DNA of 64,000 bases from Candidatus Multivoradales bacterium (GTDB taxonomy: Bacteria; Acidobacteriota; Thermoanaerobaculia; Multivoradales; J023). The position numbers and the translations under genes were made by a program. Of this stretch, positions 21,219 to 31,347 are shown one piece after another (the stretch's first letter is position 1; each line of letters opens with the position of its first letter). Under the pieces are notes generated by a model that worked only from the letters and a program-made list of their open reading frames with translations, did no database searches and was not told the DNA's origin. The stretch covers positions 1,312,001 through 1,376,000 of the forward strand of contig CBDFLE010000005.1 in the NCBI GenBank assembly GCA_965248925.1, written 5' to 3'.

Positions 21219-22640
21219 TTACGGCCCCCGTTCCCAGCGGTCGATTTTTATCCCTCCGCCGCGGCTGTCCCAGTCCAGCAAAGTAGCAAAATCGGCCGAC
21301 TCTAGAATTACGTTTGCCGACGGCGAGCCGCACGCCGGGTAGCCCACCGCGGTCACCTGGTAGCCATTACCCATCTCGGCAAAAGCATGGCCTTCGCCGC
21401 TACTGCTGAGCTGAAACTCAGCATGGCCCTCGAGCAGCATTGCAAACGGCGTCGGGGCGACTGCACTGTAGCTGCGCAGCAGATCTGAGAGGTCACTGTC
21501 ACTAGCGCCTGCGCCAACCGCCAAATCGGCGAGAATCTCCTCGCTGAACATCAGGTTGCCGCCGACAGTCAGGGTGAAGCTCTCCTCTGCCGTGGTGCTG
21601 GCCGTGCCCACACCACCCAAGACATCCACCGCGGAGTCGATCATTGCCATCGCTGTTACCGAGTAGAGCACGCTGCTGGCACAACTTTGCTGGCACGAGG
21701 CCCCCGACAACAACCGCAGGTCCATCTGCACATCCAAATAGCCGTCGAAGAGGTAGTCCTCGGCATAGGTCAACGCGGGAAACAGTGGATGCCCGACGGC
21801 TTGCCCAGAAACACAGTGTGCCAGGCCAAGCTCAACACCTCCCCGTTCGGCGAAGGCCCAAGAGCGGCCGTAGGAATCCACATAGTCTGGCCCTGTCTTA
21901 CGGCTAAGAATCTCCAGCTTGCTGGCGGGTCCGACCACCACTTGCCAGGCATAGACGCACTCGGCGCCGGGCCCAAGCTCAACGCTGATCAAGCTGCCGA
22001 CCACCTGATCCGCCTGACTCAGCAGCATCGACGATTCCTGCGCCAAGTGAGGATAGGCAGTCGAAATCTGCATCACTCGCTCACTCAGCGAGCCCTCGCC
22101 GTATTCTTGCAAAGCCAGGTCGAGCTGCTCCGTCACCACCACCGCGCCCTCAAATCGGCCGGCCAACAAACGGTAAGCGCAAGCCCCCCGATCACAGCGA
22201 TACTGGGCCAGGTAGTCACGCCGGACACTGATCGGCGCTGCCCAAGCACTCTCAACAGTGACGCTGAAACTCGGTCCCCACCTGTGAGCTTTGGCAAGAG
22301 CCTCGCTCACGACTAGAGTCTCCAATACACCGGGCGTCGAGCTGACCGCCTGGCTAGCCACCGGGTTTCCCTCAAGATCCCGAACCACCAAGGCGAGACT
22401 GTATTCAGCCAGCTGGTCCGGCTTCCACATCACAGTTATCAACAGGTCATCCGCCGACGCCTGAACCGCCAGGATGGAGGCGGTCAGTACCGGCCTGACT
22501 TGCGGCGCCTGCCGCTGCTGTAACGTCTGGGTCTGGCCCAGTACCATGCCCGCCCACAGGGTAGCGGCAATCACTACCCAGCTACGGCGACCGATTCGAC
22601 CACCCGCAACATTTATCTTGTTCGCCATTTCAAACCTCAT
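21219..22640 (-). CDS. Hypothetical secreted beta-rich protein
   Basis: 473-aa ORF, signal-peptide-like N-terminus, paired Cys, no family recognised. Confidence 0.7.
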   Translation of the reverse strand: MRFEMANKINVAGGRIGRRSWVVIAATLWAGMVLGQTQTLQQRQAPQVRPVLTASILAVQASADDLLITVMWKPDQLAEYSLALVVRDLEGNPVASQAVSSTPGVLETLVVSEALAKAHRWGPSFSVTVESAWAAPISVRRDYLAQYRCDRGACAYRLLAGRFEGAVVVTEQLDLALQEYGEGSLSERVMQISTAYPHLAQESSMLLSQADQVVGSLISVELGPGAECVYAWQVVVGPASKLEILSRKTGPDYVDSYGRSWAFAERGGVELGLAHCVSGQAVGHPLFPALTYAEDYLFDGYLDVQMDLRLLSGASCQQSCASSVLYSVTAMAMIDSAVDVLGGVGTASTTAEESFTLTVGGNLMFSEEILADLAVGAGASDSDLSDLLRSYSAVAPTPFAMLLEGHAEFQLSSSGEGHAFAEMGNGYQVTAVGYPACGSPSANVILESADFATLLDWDSRGGGIKIDRWERGP

Positions 22641-22893
22641 GTCGTCGTCCGCTCTCCAGCCCTTCCAGGAACACCCCCCATTTGGAAGAAGGCCGGCGGC
22701 TCGCCCTCAATCCGGGGCGAAAATCCGCACTTCATGGCATCAACAATTGAAGCTAAACCGCTGGATCAGGCGCACTCAGCACGTAATTTCCCTCATTCGA
22801 CAGAAAAAAAGGTCAAATTATCGAGATCTCCTTGCCGCTCGGATAATGCCAGAAGAGGAGGACAAAGGAGCCGGAGCGTGACCGTCGAGAGCC

Positions 22894-23433
22894 CTACCAA
22901 TAAGCTTCCAGCTCGACCCCGAGACCATCGGCCAGCCGATTGACGAAAGCGAAGTAGGAGGTCACCTGGGCGATGTCTAGAATCGCCGAATCCTCAAACC
23001 CGGCCGCCCGTAAGGCGGCGATATCGTCCTGCCTCATTTTCCATGGCTCGCTCGTCAGCTTGACCGCGTAGTCGAGCATGGCGCGGTCGTCCGCAGCCAG
23101 GCCAGCTTGCCGGTAATCGGCGGCCAGGGCGACCACCAAATCCGGATCTGAGGTGAGTTGACGGAGCCCCGCTCCGTGATGAGTCAGTCAGTAGTGGCAG
23201 CGGTTGGCAGCCGAAACCACCACCGCGATCATCTCCCGACGCGCCTTGCTGAGCGGCGACGGACCGTGCATCACGGTGCGGTATAGCTCCAAGTGCCCAC
23301 GCAGGGTGGGTGGATTCAAGCTATGAATCTTGAGAATGTTGTCGACCCCGCCCCACGACGCTAGAAAACGCTTGTAGAGCCGCTTCAACGGGCCTTCTGC
23401 TTGCTCTTCGTCAATCGTCCGAATCCACGCCAT
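22894..23433 (-). CDS. AhpD/carboxymuconolactone decarboxylase-like peroxidase, selenoprotein (CxxU)
   Basis: ORFs 23188-23454 and 22894-23139 are in frame: REMIAVVVSAANRCHY-TGA-LTHHGAGLR...; TGA (23188-23190) is at the second Cys position of CxxC; GGAGG RBS before ATG 23433. Confidence 0.9.
23161..23177 (-). promoter_or_regulatory. Bacterial SECIS-like hairpin
   Basis: ACGGAGC-GGG-GCUCCGU, 7-bp stem with G loop, starting after a 10-nt spacer 3' of the UGA. Confidence 0.78.
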
Positions 23434-23980
23434 CGCTCGACCTCCAGCGCTCATTAGAACATGCCAATCGGCGGTCTGCGGAGCGGCGCTCGAGGTCTAG
23501 TAAGCCGGCTTTGAAAGCCAGACCGCCAGCGAAGCGGATGAGCGAGCCATCGGCACCGACCAGGCGATGGCAAGGTACGATAACCGCGATCGGATTGAGG
23601 CCGTTGGCGCGCCCCACCGCGCGGGCCGCGCGCGGCCGACCCATGGCCGCCGCCAGCTGTCCATAGCTCCGCGTCTCACCACAGGGAATGCGGCCCAACC
23701 GCCGCCAAACCTGGCACTGAAAATCGCTGCCGACCAGCTTCAGCTCAACCGCGAATTGTTGCCGCTCGCCGGCGAAGAACTCCTCCAGCTGATGCCGAAC
23801 ATGGCGAGTACGTTCGGGATCTTCGACCACTTCCCGGCCCAACCCGGCTGCCGGTCGCAGATCGATCGCTCGCCGGCCGGACGGAAAGGTTAGCTGCCAC
23901 AGCCGGCCTTGACCGTCGGTGACGATCCGCAATTTGCCATAGGGTGCGGAGTAGCAACTACTGTAGAGCAAAGCGCTCAT
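23411..23980 (-). CDS. ogt: Methylated-DNA--protein-cysteine methyltransferase
   Basis: GSDFQ..VW, GETRSYG, RAVGRANGLNP, VPCHRLVG; ATG 23980 overlaps the upstream stop. Confidence 0.93.
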   Translation of the reverse strand: MSALLYSSCYSAPYGKLRIVTDGQGRLWQLTFPSGRRAIDLRPAAGLGREVVEDPERTRHVRHQLEEFFAGERQQFAVELKLVGSDFQCQVWRRLGRIPCGETRSYGQLAAAMGRPRAARAVGRANGLNPIAVIVPCHRLVGADGSLIRFAGGLAFKAGLLDLERRSADRRLACSNERWRSSDGVDSDD

Positions 23981-25200
23981 CCTAGATCCTGTAGAGAATC
24001 CCAGAAGTGGAAAGTAGCCAGACTGCGGTAGGGGGCGAAAGGCCGCAGCAGCTCGGCGGTCTGCGGATCGTCGGGACGCTGATCGAGGGTAAAGAAGAAC
24101 TGCAAAGCACGGCGCAAGGCGGCATCCCCGAGGGGCACACAATCGGCCAGGCCCCAAACCCGCATCATCAGATACCGCACCGACCAAATGCCGAGCCCAC
24201 GGATCGCCAACAGACGTTGCTCTAGACGATCAGCTGGCAACTTGCCGACCCGGTCTAGATCCAGCTCTCCGGTCGCCACCGAGCGGGCGATGGCTGACAG
24301 GTACTCGGCCTTGCGCTGCGAAAAACCACAGCGGCGAAAATCGCTCAGCGCCAATTCAGCCACCCGCTTGGCTGACGGCGGTGCGATCAGCTCGCCCGGC
24401 CCCGGTCGGCCGAATGCCGCGGTCAGCCGGCGACGCTGAGCAAAAGCCACCGGCAGGCTGACTTGCTGGCCAGCGATCACCCAGATCAACCCGTCGAAGG
24501 CGTCGCGGGTCTGCGGCACCACCAGTCCGCGCCGCCGCAACAGCCGGCGGCCGACGGCAAACCCCTGGCAAGAGCGCTCGAACGGCGCCGGGTCGGCTGC
24601 CAATCCGAGAACTCGCAGCAGCAAGCGATGGGCTGTCAGAGCGGCGCCTGGCGGTATCTCAGCCGGCGCCGTCAGCCGGCAGTGCAGCACTCCCAGACGC
24701 CGCAGCCCCGAAACCTCAAGCACCTCGCCGCTCTGCTCGATCGCTAGTCCACAGCGTCCACCTTGCACTCTCTCTGAATGACTCTTAGCGTCCCGACCAA
24801 AGTGCTGCCAGGCCTGCTCAAACGCAGGCCGCGTCGGCAAGCGGAGTTGAAATTCTGCACAACCAGGCTGCGCCAGCTGGCGATAGGCCCGCGGCGTGAT
24901 TCGCAGGCGGCGGGTGAAATGGTGCTGCAACACTGATCGCGACTTGAAGCCCACCCCCTCGGCAACTTCGTCAATGGCGTACCTGGTGGTGGCAAGCACT
25001 CGCCGCGCCGCCCGCAAGCGCTGTTGAAGCAGGAATTCCTCGGCGCGCAGGTGGTAGCGCTGCTCGAAGAACCGCCGCAGCTGGCTACTGGACAGCCCGC
25101 TAGCGGCCGTCAGCTGGGCTGGATGGGTGATCGCGCCGGGGTCGGCGCGCAGCGCCTCCACCCATGCCACCGAGCGATCATGCTGCTTGTTGCTGGTCAT
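23977..25200 (-). CDS. alkA: AraC-HTH + AlkA DNA-3-methyladenine glycosylase fusion
   Basis: AraC motif VAEGVGFKS...ITPRAYR; IAGQQVS; LLAIRGLGIWS HhH; PLGD; PYRSLATFHFW. Confidence 0.88.
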   Translation of the reverse strand: MTSNKQHDRSVAWVEALRADPGAITHPAQLTAASGLSSSQLRRFFEQRYHLRAEEFLLQQRLRAARRVLATTRYAIDEVAEGVGFKSRSVLQHHFTRRLRITPRAYRQLAQPGCAEFQLRLPTRPAFEQAWQHFGRDAKSHSERVQGGRCGLAIEQSGEVLEVSGLRRLGVLHCRLTAPAEIPPGAALTAHRLLLRVLGLAADPAPFERSCQGFAVGRRLLRRRGLVVPQTRDAFDGLIWVIAGQQVSLPVAFAQRRRLTAAFGRPGPGELIAPPSAKRVAELALSDFRRCGFSQRKAEYLSAIARSVATGELDLDRVGKLPADRLEQRLLAIRGLGIWSVRYLMMRVWGLADCVPLGDAALRRALQFFFTLDQRPDDPQTAELLRPFAPYRSLATFHFWDSLQDLG

Positions 25201-25355
25201 CCGCCGATGATAAGACGCCTACCGGTGATAGACCACCGCAAACCCGCCGACAGCCGATAAGACACCAAGCGACTCGCCCCGCCTACCACCCACTAGTTGC
25301 GGTGGGATAGACTGACCAGAATTCCATCAAGCTAGATGTAGCCAGAGCTACGAGC

Positions 25356-26627
25356 ATGAACGGCGCAGGCGCGGGGGGTGTTGTGGACAGGAGATACCTA
25401 ATAGTTAGCGGTAGCGGGGCTCAGCGGCATGGTCGCTCGGCTGAGCCGCAGCAGGACTCACAGCAGCGAGCCGAGCGCTTCGATGTCTTGCTGGAAACAC
25501 CGCAACTACTGATCCTGCGTAACGACAGCAACGGCAGAGCAACCCGCGGCGAACGAGTGCTGATGGCCGGCCAGATCGTCTCCAATTCGACAGTGCTGGA
25601 AGTCGTCAACCTGATCGCCTCCTCGCGCTGGGCCGGCGCGCTGCACCTCTATGGCGACGACTCCCATCGCTTGCTGGGGTTCTACAACGGCGTCTTGCGC
25701 TACGCCGAGAGCGATCACCCCGAAGATCGTCTCGACAAGGTACTCCGCCGGATCGGCGTGCTCAGTCCAGCCCAAGTCGAACAGGTGATGCGGGGGATCA
25801 AGCCGGAGCAGCGCTTTGGCGAGTTACTAATCGAGCACGGCTTGGTCGAACGCAAGGAACTCTTCACCTACCTTGGCCGGCAGATCGAGCAAATCCTGCT
25901 GGCCGCAGTATTGGAGGACCAAGGCACCTATGCCTTCCTGGTATCTGACGACGTCGGCCCACCCCCTGCCGCCACCGCTCACATCCCTCTCCAAAGCCTG
26001 CTGCTCGACGCTGCTGAGCGAGTTGATAAGTTGTCGATTTTCAGCAGGCTGATTCCCGACTCGTCGATGTGTCCGGAGGTCTGCGAGGGGGTCGATGTCG
26101 CCCAACTCGACCCGCGGCAACGACTCGTGCTTGGCTACTGCGACGGTCAGCGCAGCCTGAACGAAATCGGCAGTGAGACTTGGTTGGGACGCTTTCAGAC
26201 CTTGGAGATCGCCTACCAACTGCTGCGCGGAGGCCAAATCCAGCTCTGCCCGCCACAGCTCAGCCCAGCACAACATGCCGCGGAATTGATCGAGCCGTTC
26301 AACCAGAGCCTGGTAGAGATCTACGAAGCTATTGAGTCGTCGGGGCAGGTCGAGCGGGTACGTAGGGACCTGGCCACTTGGGTTGGTGAGCAGGCCGACA
26401 GCAGCCGCATCGACGACGCCTTGGCAAAGGATGGGTTGGTCAGTGTCGAAGCGATCGCCAATGTGCTGCGCGAGTCGGCCAGCAGACACGTCCTCGCCGA
26501 TCTCAACGCCACCTTGCACGAGCTGACCTCCTTCGCCCTTTTCTCGGCCTCATTGTGGTTGATGCGCGAAGAAGAGCGCGACCTGAGCCGTAGGATTCAT
26601 CGACGGCTGAAAAAAGCCAAGGGCTGA
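25356..26627 (+). CDS. DUF4388 (PatA-N-like) domain protein
   Basis: AGQI...LEVVNLIASSRWAGAL, GVLRYAES...RLDKVL, RFGELLIEHGLV. Confidence 0.72.
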   Translation: MNGAGAGGVVDRRYLIVSGSGAQRHGRSAEPQQDSQQRAERFDVLLETPQLLILRNDSNGRATRGERVLMAGQIVSNSTVLEVVNLIASSRWAGALHLYGDDSHRLLGFYNGVLRYAESDHPEDRLDKVLRRIGVLSPAQVEQVMRGIKPEQRFGELLIEHGLVERKELFTYLGRQIEQILLAAVLEDQGTYAFLVSDDVGPPPAATAHIPLQSLLLDAAERVDKLSIFSRLIPDSSMCPEVCEGVDVAQLDPRQRLVLGYCDGQRSLNEIGSETWLGRFQTLEIAYQLLRGGQIQLCPPQLSPAQHAAELIEPFNQSLVEIYEAIESSGQVERVRRDLATWVGEQADSSRIDDALAKDGLVSVEAIANVLRESASRHVLADLNATLHELTSFALFSASLWLMREEERDLSRRIHRRLKKAKG

Positions 26628-26826
26628 GTCCACCGGTCCATCCCGCAATTGATCTCAACCCGACGCTCCACTTGCCGTATGAAACAGCAGCATTCAACTC
26701 AGCAAGACGCCGACTACCGACCCGAGCCCACCATTGGCCGACTCGGCAGTGACAGCGATCCGCACCCTTGGTAGCATTCAGAATGCCCACTAAGGGCTGG
26801 CAAATGCACCAATCAAGAGATCTAGA

Positions 26827-28059
26827 ATGGAAGAGACCAACGACCCCCTCAACCAACTACGTATCGACCGCAGCAAAAGCCATTCCCGCGGTGCGGGTCG
26901 CACCACGCTGTGGTTGCTCAGCCTGGTCCTCCTACTGCTCGCTGCCGCTGGCGGTTGGTGGTGGCTGCGCGGCCAGCGGACCACCGAGGTTGGCACCGCC
27001 TTGGTGCGTCTGTCCACTACCAGCGAAGCTTCCCAAGCAACCGCCGTGCTCGACGCTTCAGGCTATGTCGTGCCCCGGCGACGAGCTACCGTATCCTCCA
27101 AGATCACCGGCAAGATCGTCGAAGTGATGGTCGAGGAAGGACTTGAGGTACGGCAGGGACAGATCCTCGCCCGGCTCGACGATGCGACCCCGCGGCGACG
27201 CCTGGCTCTGGCCCAAGCCCAGCTAGAATCGGCCCGCAGCCAACTCGACGAGACCGCGGTGCGCATCGCCGAAGGACGACTTGATCTAGAACGCCAGGTC
27301 TCCCTCACCCGTTCGGCGGTTGGCAGCCAAGCCGATCTCGATCGCGCCCAAGCCTCACTCGACGCCCTCGAAGCCCGCCACCGCACCGGCCAGATCGAGG
27401 TCAAAGTCGCTCAGCGCCAGATCGAGCTGCGCCGCCAGGATCTCGAAGACACCATCATCCGCGCCCCTTTCGACGGCATCGCGGTGACCAAGAACGCCCA
27501 ACCGGGCGAGATGATCTCGCCGGTTTCGGCCGGCGGCGGATTCACCCGCACCGGTATCGGGACTCTAGTCGACATGACTTCTCTAGAAATCGAAGTCGAT
27601 GTCAACGAGACTTACATCAACCGAGTGCAAACCGGTCAGAGAATCACCGCCGTGCTCGATGCTTATCCCGGCTGGCAAATCCCGGCGTCGGTGATCACCA
27701 TCGTGCCGACCGCAGACCGGCAACGCGCCACGGTCCGCGTGCGCATTGGTTTCGACCAGCTCGACCCGCGAATTCTGCCAGATATGGGGGTCAAAGTGTC
27801 CTTCCTCGACAGCGCGCCGCCGGTGACCGCAGACCAGCCCCGCAAACGGCTGCTGATGCCCGCCGCGGCGTTAATCGCCGACAGCGAAAACGATGAAGTC
27901 TGGGTGGTCGAAGCCGGCCATGTGCGACGTCAGAGCATCGATGTCGGGCCCCGCAGCGGCGACACCATCGAGATTCGCGGCGGCTTGAGCGAAGGCCAAA
28001 AAGTGGTCATCAGCGGCGGCGAAGCGCTTGCCGATGGCGACGAGGTGAGCGACAGCTAG
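26827..28059 (+). CDS. Periplasmic adaptor (MacA/HlyD-like)
   Basis: ASGYVVPRRRATVSSKITGKI, IRAPFDG, EVDVNE. Confidence 0.92.
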   Translation: MEETNDPLNQLRIDRSKSHSRGAGRTTLWLLSLVLLLLAAAGGWWWLRGQRTTEVGTALVRLSTTSEASQATAVLDASGYVVPRRRATVSSKITGKIVEVMVEEGLEVRQGQILARLDDATPRRRLALAQAQLESARSQLDETAVRIAEGRLDLERQVSLTRSAVGSQADLDRAQASLDALEARHRTGQIEVKVAQRQIELRRQDLEDTIIRAPFDGIAVTKNAQPGEMISPVSAGGGFTRTGIGTLVDMTSLEIEVDVNETYINRVQTGQRITAVLDAYPGWQIPASVITIVPTADRQRATVRVRIGFDQLDPRILPDMGVKVSFLDSAPPVTADQPRKRLLMPAAALIADSENDEVWVVEAGHVRRQSIDVGPRSGDTIEIRGGLSEGQKVVISGGEALADGDEVSDS

Positions 28060-28096
28060 AGACCCCGGTGAACCCAACGAGCCATAGGAGCCCCCA

Positions 28097-28828
28097 ATGA
28101 AAGATAGCCAGCAGCAAACCGCCACCCCTTTGGTGAAAGTGCGCAACGTCCACAAGGTCTACACTCGCGGCAGCGAGAAGATCGATGTCTTACAGTCCTT
28201 GAGCCTCGACGTTCCGGCGGGTGATTTCCTTGCCCTGATGGGTCCCTCAGGCTCCGGCAAGACCACCTTGCTCAACCTGATGGGTGGTCTCGATCGACCG
28301 AGTTCCGGCGAAGTAGTGGTCGCCGGCACGGCGATTCACCAGGCCTCGAGCGGCCAGCTCACCCGCTGGCGGGCGCGCCATGTCGGTTTTGTTTTTCAGT
28401 TTTACAACCTGCTGCCGGTGTTGACCGCCGAGCGCAACGTCGAGCTGCCCTTGTTGCTCACCAACTTGAGCAAATCCACGCGCCGTCAACACGTCGCCAC
28501 CGCCCTCAAGGTAGTGGGCTTGGCCGATCGCGCCCAGCACTACCCGCGACAACTCTCAGGCGGTCAGGAGCAGCGGGTCGGCATCGCCCGCGCTATCGTC
28601 AGCGACCCGACGTTGATCCTTGCTGACGAGCCCACCGGCGACCTCGACCGCCAATCCGGCGACGAGATCCTCGATCTGCTGGTGGCGCTCAACCGAGATC
28701 ATGGCAAGACCATCGTCATGGTCACCCATGATCCCCTGGCCGCCGCTCGCGCCAAACGCATCTTGCATCTCGACAAGGGTGCCTTGGTCGAGCCTTCACA
28801 GGCTACCCGCCGCGAGGCCAGCGCATGA
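28097..28828 (+). CDS. ABC transporter ATP-binding protein (MacB/LolD-like)
   Basis: [27 protein letters not shown]. Confidence 0.95.
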   Translation: MKDSQQQTATPLVKVRNVHKVYTRGSEKIDVLQSLSLDVPAGDFLALMGPSGSGKTTLLNLMGGLDRPSSGEVVVAGTAIHQASSGQLTRWRARHVGFVFQFYNLLPVLTAERNVELPLLLTNLSKSTRRQHVATALKVVGLADRAQHYPRQLSGGQEQRVGIARAIVSDPTLILADEPTGDLDRQSGDEILDLLVALNRDHGKTIVMVTHDPLAAARAKRILHLDKGALVEPSQATRREASA

Positions 28829-29973
28829 AGTACTTTCATTTGGTGTTTCGCAACTTGATGCGCAAGAAAGTACGCACCTTCTTCACCCTGGCCTCGATCT
28901 TCGTCTCCTTCTTGCTCTTTGGCCTGCTGACCGCCTTCAAGACCGCTTTTAGTTTGGGCGTCGATCTGGTGGGGGTCGACCGGCTGATCATGTTGCACAA
29001 GGTATCGATCATCCAACAGTTGCCGGCCAAGTACCAAGCCAGGATCGAGGCCGATGAAGGGGTTGTCGCGGTCACCCACGCCAGTTGGTTCGGCGGCATC
29101 TACCAGGAACCGAAGAACCAGTTTGCCCAGATGGCGGTTGAGCCCGTTGGGTATCTCGAGATGTATCCCGAGTTCTTGCTGCCCGAGGACCAAAAGCAGG
29201 CATGGATCGCCGACCAAACCGGCGCCGTTGTGGGGCGCAACACCGCCGATCGCTTCGAGTGGAAGATCGGCGATCGGATCCCAATCCAGGGCACCATTTG
29301 GCGCACCCCGGACGGCTCCCCCTGGGAATTCACCATCCGCGGCATTTACGACGGCGAAGAAAAAGGTACCGACACCACCCAGTTCTTGTTCCACAAGAAA
29401 TACCTGTCCGAGGTCACCAACTTCCACGGCACCGTTGGTTGGTACCTGATTCGCATCGCCGATCCCGACAATGCGCCAGCGATCGCTGACCGAATCGACG
29501 CCATGTTTGCCAACTCCCAGGCCGAGACCAACACCACCACCGAAAAGGCTTTCGTACAGTCCTTCGCCAACCAGATCGGCAACATCGGCAAGATCGTCAG
29601 CGGTATTGTCTCAGTCGTCTTCTTCATCTTGCTGTTAGTCGCCGGCAATACGGTTGCCAACTCGGTTCGCGAGCGCACCAGCGAGCTCGCGGTGATGAAA
29701 ACCCTGGGCTTCAGCGACCGCAAAGTGATGGGCCTGGTGCTCGCCGAATCGATGCTCTTGGCAGTCCTCGGCGGCGGCACCGGCTTGCTGTTGGTGTATT
29801 GGCTGACTAACGCCTACGAACTCGGCGGCCGCTTCCTGCCGATCCTCTTCATGCCTCCTGGTGCGTTAATCCTAGGAGTCGTATTGGTGCTAGCGCTCGG
29901 TCTGGTGACCGGGCTGATCCCCGCCATTCAGGCGTTGCGTCTGGAAATCATCACCGCACTACGGAGGGCCTGA
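28825..29973 (+). CDS. ABC permease (FtsX/MacB-like)
   Basis: RNLMRKKVRT, ERTSELAVMKTLGF, 4-TM layout. Confidence 0.92.
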   Translation: MKYFHLVFRNLMRKKVRTFFTLASIFVSFLLFGLLTAFKTAFSLGVDLVGVDRLIMLHKVSIIQQLPAKYQARIEADEGVVAVTHASWFGGIYQEPKNQFAQMAVEPVGYLEMYPEFLLPEDQKQAWIADQTGAVVGRNTADRFEWKIGDRIPIQGTIWRTPDGSPWEFTIRGIYDGEEKGTDTTQFLFHKKYLSEVTNFHGTVGWYLIRIADPDNAPAIADRIDAMFANSQAETNTTTEKAFVQSFANQIGNIGKIVSGIVSVVFFILLLVAGNTVANSVRERTSELAVMKTLGFSDRKVMGLVLAESMLLAVLGGGTGLLLVYWLTNAYELGGRFLPILFMPPGALILGVVLVLALGLVTGLIPAIQALRLEIITALRRA

Positions 29974-29975
29974 GC

Positions 29976-31163
29976 ATGCGCTGGTTAAAGCAAGTCTGGT
30001 CGATCACCCTATTTAATTTGCGCAACCTGCGCCAACGCCTCGGCTCCTCAGCGGTCACCATTCTCGGTGTTGCCGGCGTGGTGATGGTCTTCGTCGGCAT
30101 TCTGTCGATCGCCGCCGGTTTCCAGCACACCCTGCAATCGACCGGCGATCCGCAGAACGTGTTGGTAATGCGCGCTGGCAGCGACACCGAAATGAACAGT
30201 GGCCTCGGGCTCGAAGCCACCAAGATCATCGCCGATGCTCCCGGCATTTTGCACGGAGAAAGCGGCTCGCTGGCCTCGGCGGAACTCTTTGTAGTCGTCG
30301 ATCAGGCAAAGAAGTCGACCGGAACCTCGGCCAACGTGCCGTTGCGAGGAATCGGTCCCCAAGCCTACGAAGTGCGCAAAAAATTCGAGATCGTCGAGGG
30401 GCGGCGATTCGAACCCGGCCGCAACGAAGTTATCGTCGGCAAGGCAGCAGCCGCAGAATTCGTCGGTCTTGAGGTCGGCAATGTGCTGCGCTGGGGACAG
30501 AACGAGTGGACCGTAGTCGGCCACTTCTCCACCGACGGCACCGTCGAAGATTCCGAGTTGTGGACCGACGCTCGAGTGCTGCAGCCCGCCTACCGCCGCG
30601 GTACCTCATTCCAATCCGTCCGTCTGCGGCTCGAGTCCGCTGGCGGTTTCGATAACCTCAAACAAACCTTGACCGACGATCCGAGGATCAACGTCAAGGT
30701 AATCCGCACCAGCGAGTACTACGCATCTCAGGCCAGCATCATGAGCGGCATGATCCGTTTCGTCGGCATGTCGGTCGGCCTGCTAATGGGTTTCGGCGCC
30801 ATCTTCGGCGCCCTCAACACCATGTACCAGGCGGTCGCCGCCCGCACCCGAGAGATTGCCACCTTGCGCGCCTTGGGCTTTAGCGCCGGCCCGGTAGTGG
30901 TCTCCGTGCTGGTCGAGGCGCTGGCCTTAGCGGCGATCGGCGGCCTGCTCGGCGGCGGTCTGGCCTACCTACTGTTCAACGGCTTCCAGGCCGCGACCCT
31001 CAACTTCAGCAGCTTCAGCCAGGTAGCCTTCGCCTTCGCCGTCACCCCGGCGCTGATCGTCGGCGGCCTGCTCTACGCCCTCGCCATGGGCCTGATCGGC
31101 GGCTTCTTCCCCGCCATCCGCGCCGCCCGGCTGCCGGTGGCGACGGCGCTGCGGGAGCTTTGA
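29976..31163 (+). CDS. ABC permease (FtsX/MacB-like); 3' end is the island insertion site
   Basis: RTREIATLRALGF, PAIRAARLPVATALREL. Confidence 0.92.
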   Translation: MRWLKQVWSITLFNLRNLRQRLGSSAVTILGVAGVVMVFVGILSIAAGFQHTLQSTGDPQNVLVMRAGSDTEMNSGLGLEATKIIADAPGILHGESGSLASAELFVVVDQAKKSTGTSANVPLRGIGPQAYEVRKKFEIVEGRRFEPGRNEVIVGKAAAAEFVGLEVGNVLRWGQNEWTVVGHFSTDGTVEDSELWTDARVLQPAYRRGTSFQSVRLRLESAGGFDNLKQTLTDDPRINVKVIRTSEYYASQASIMSGMIRFVGMSVGLLMGFGAIFGALNTMYQAVAARTREIATLRALGFSAGPVVVSVLVEALALAAIGGLLGGGLAYLLFNGFQAATLNFSSFSQVAFAFAVTPALIVGGLLYALAMGLIGGFFPAIRAARLPVATALREL

Positions 31164-31167
31164 GGAA
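31108..31167 (+). repeat. 60-bp perfect direct repeat, left copy
   Basis: TCCCCGCCATCCGCGCCGCCCGGCTGCCGGTGGCGACGGCGCTGCGGGAGCTTTGAGGAA, identical to 35160-35219. Confidence 0.95.
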
Positions 31168-31347
31168 GGAGGGATTTTTTGTGGCTTCACGGATCCGCAG
31201 AGGAGCCTTCTCTGGTGAACATGAGACAGCAGGTCACCACTTCAAGAGTCCCTGAGCCCAACTGTTCGGTGCAAACTTTTGAAGGCGCCGCCCACTCTTG
31301 CCGTTCTCGAACTGCGCAGATTGAGAATGACCTTGAGTTCCAGTGGC

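Noticed and set aside
22894-23454. Two separate small genes or a pseudogene
   Set aside because: The in-frame TGA at the CxxC position plus a SECIS-like hairpin favours one selenoprotein
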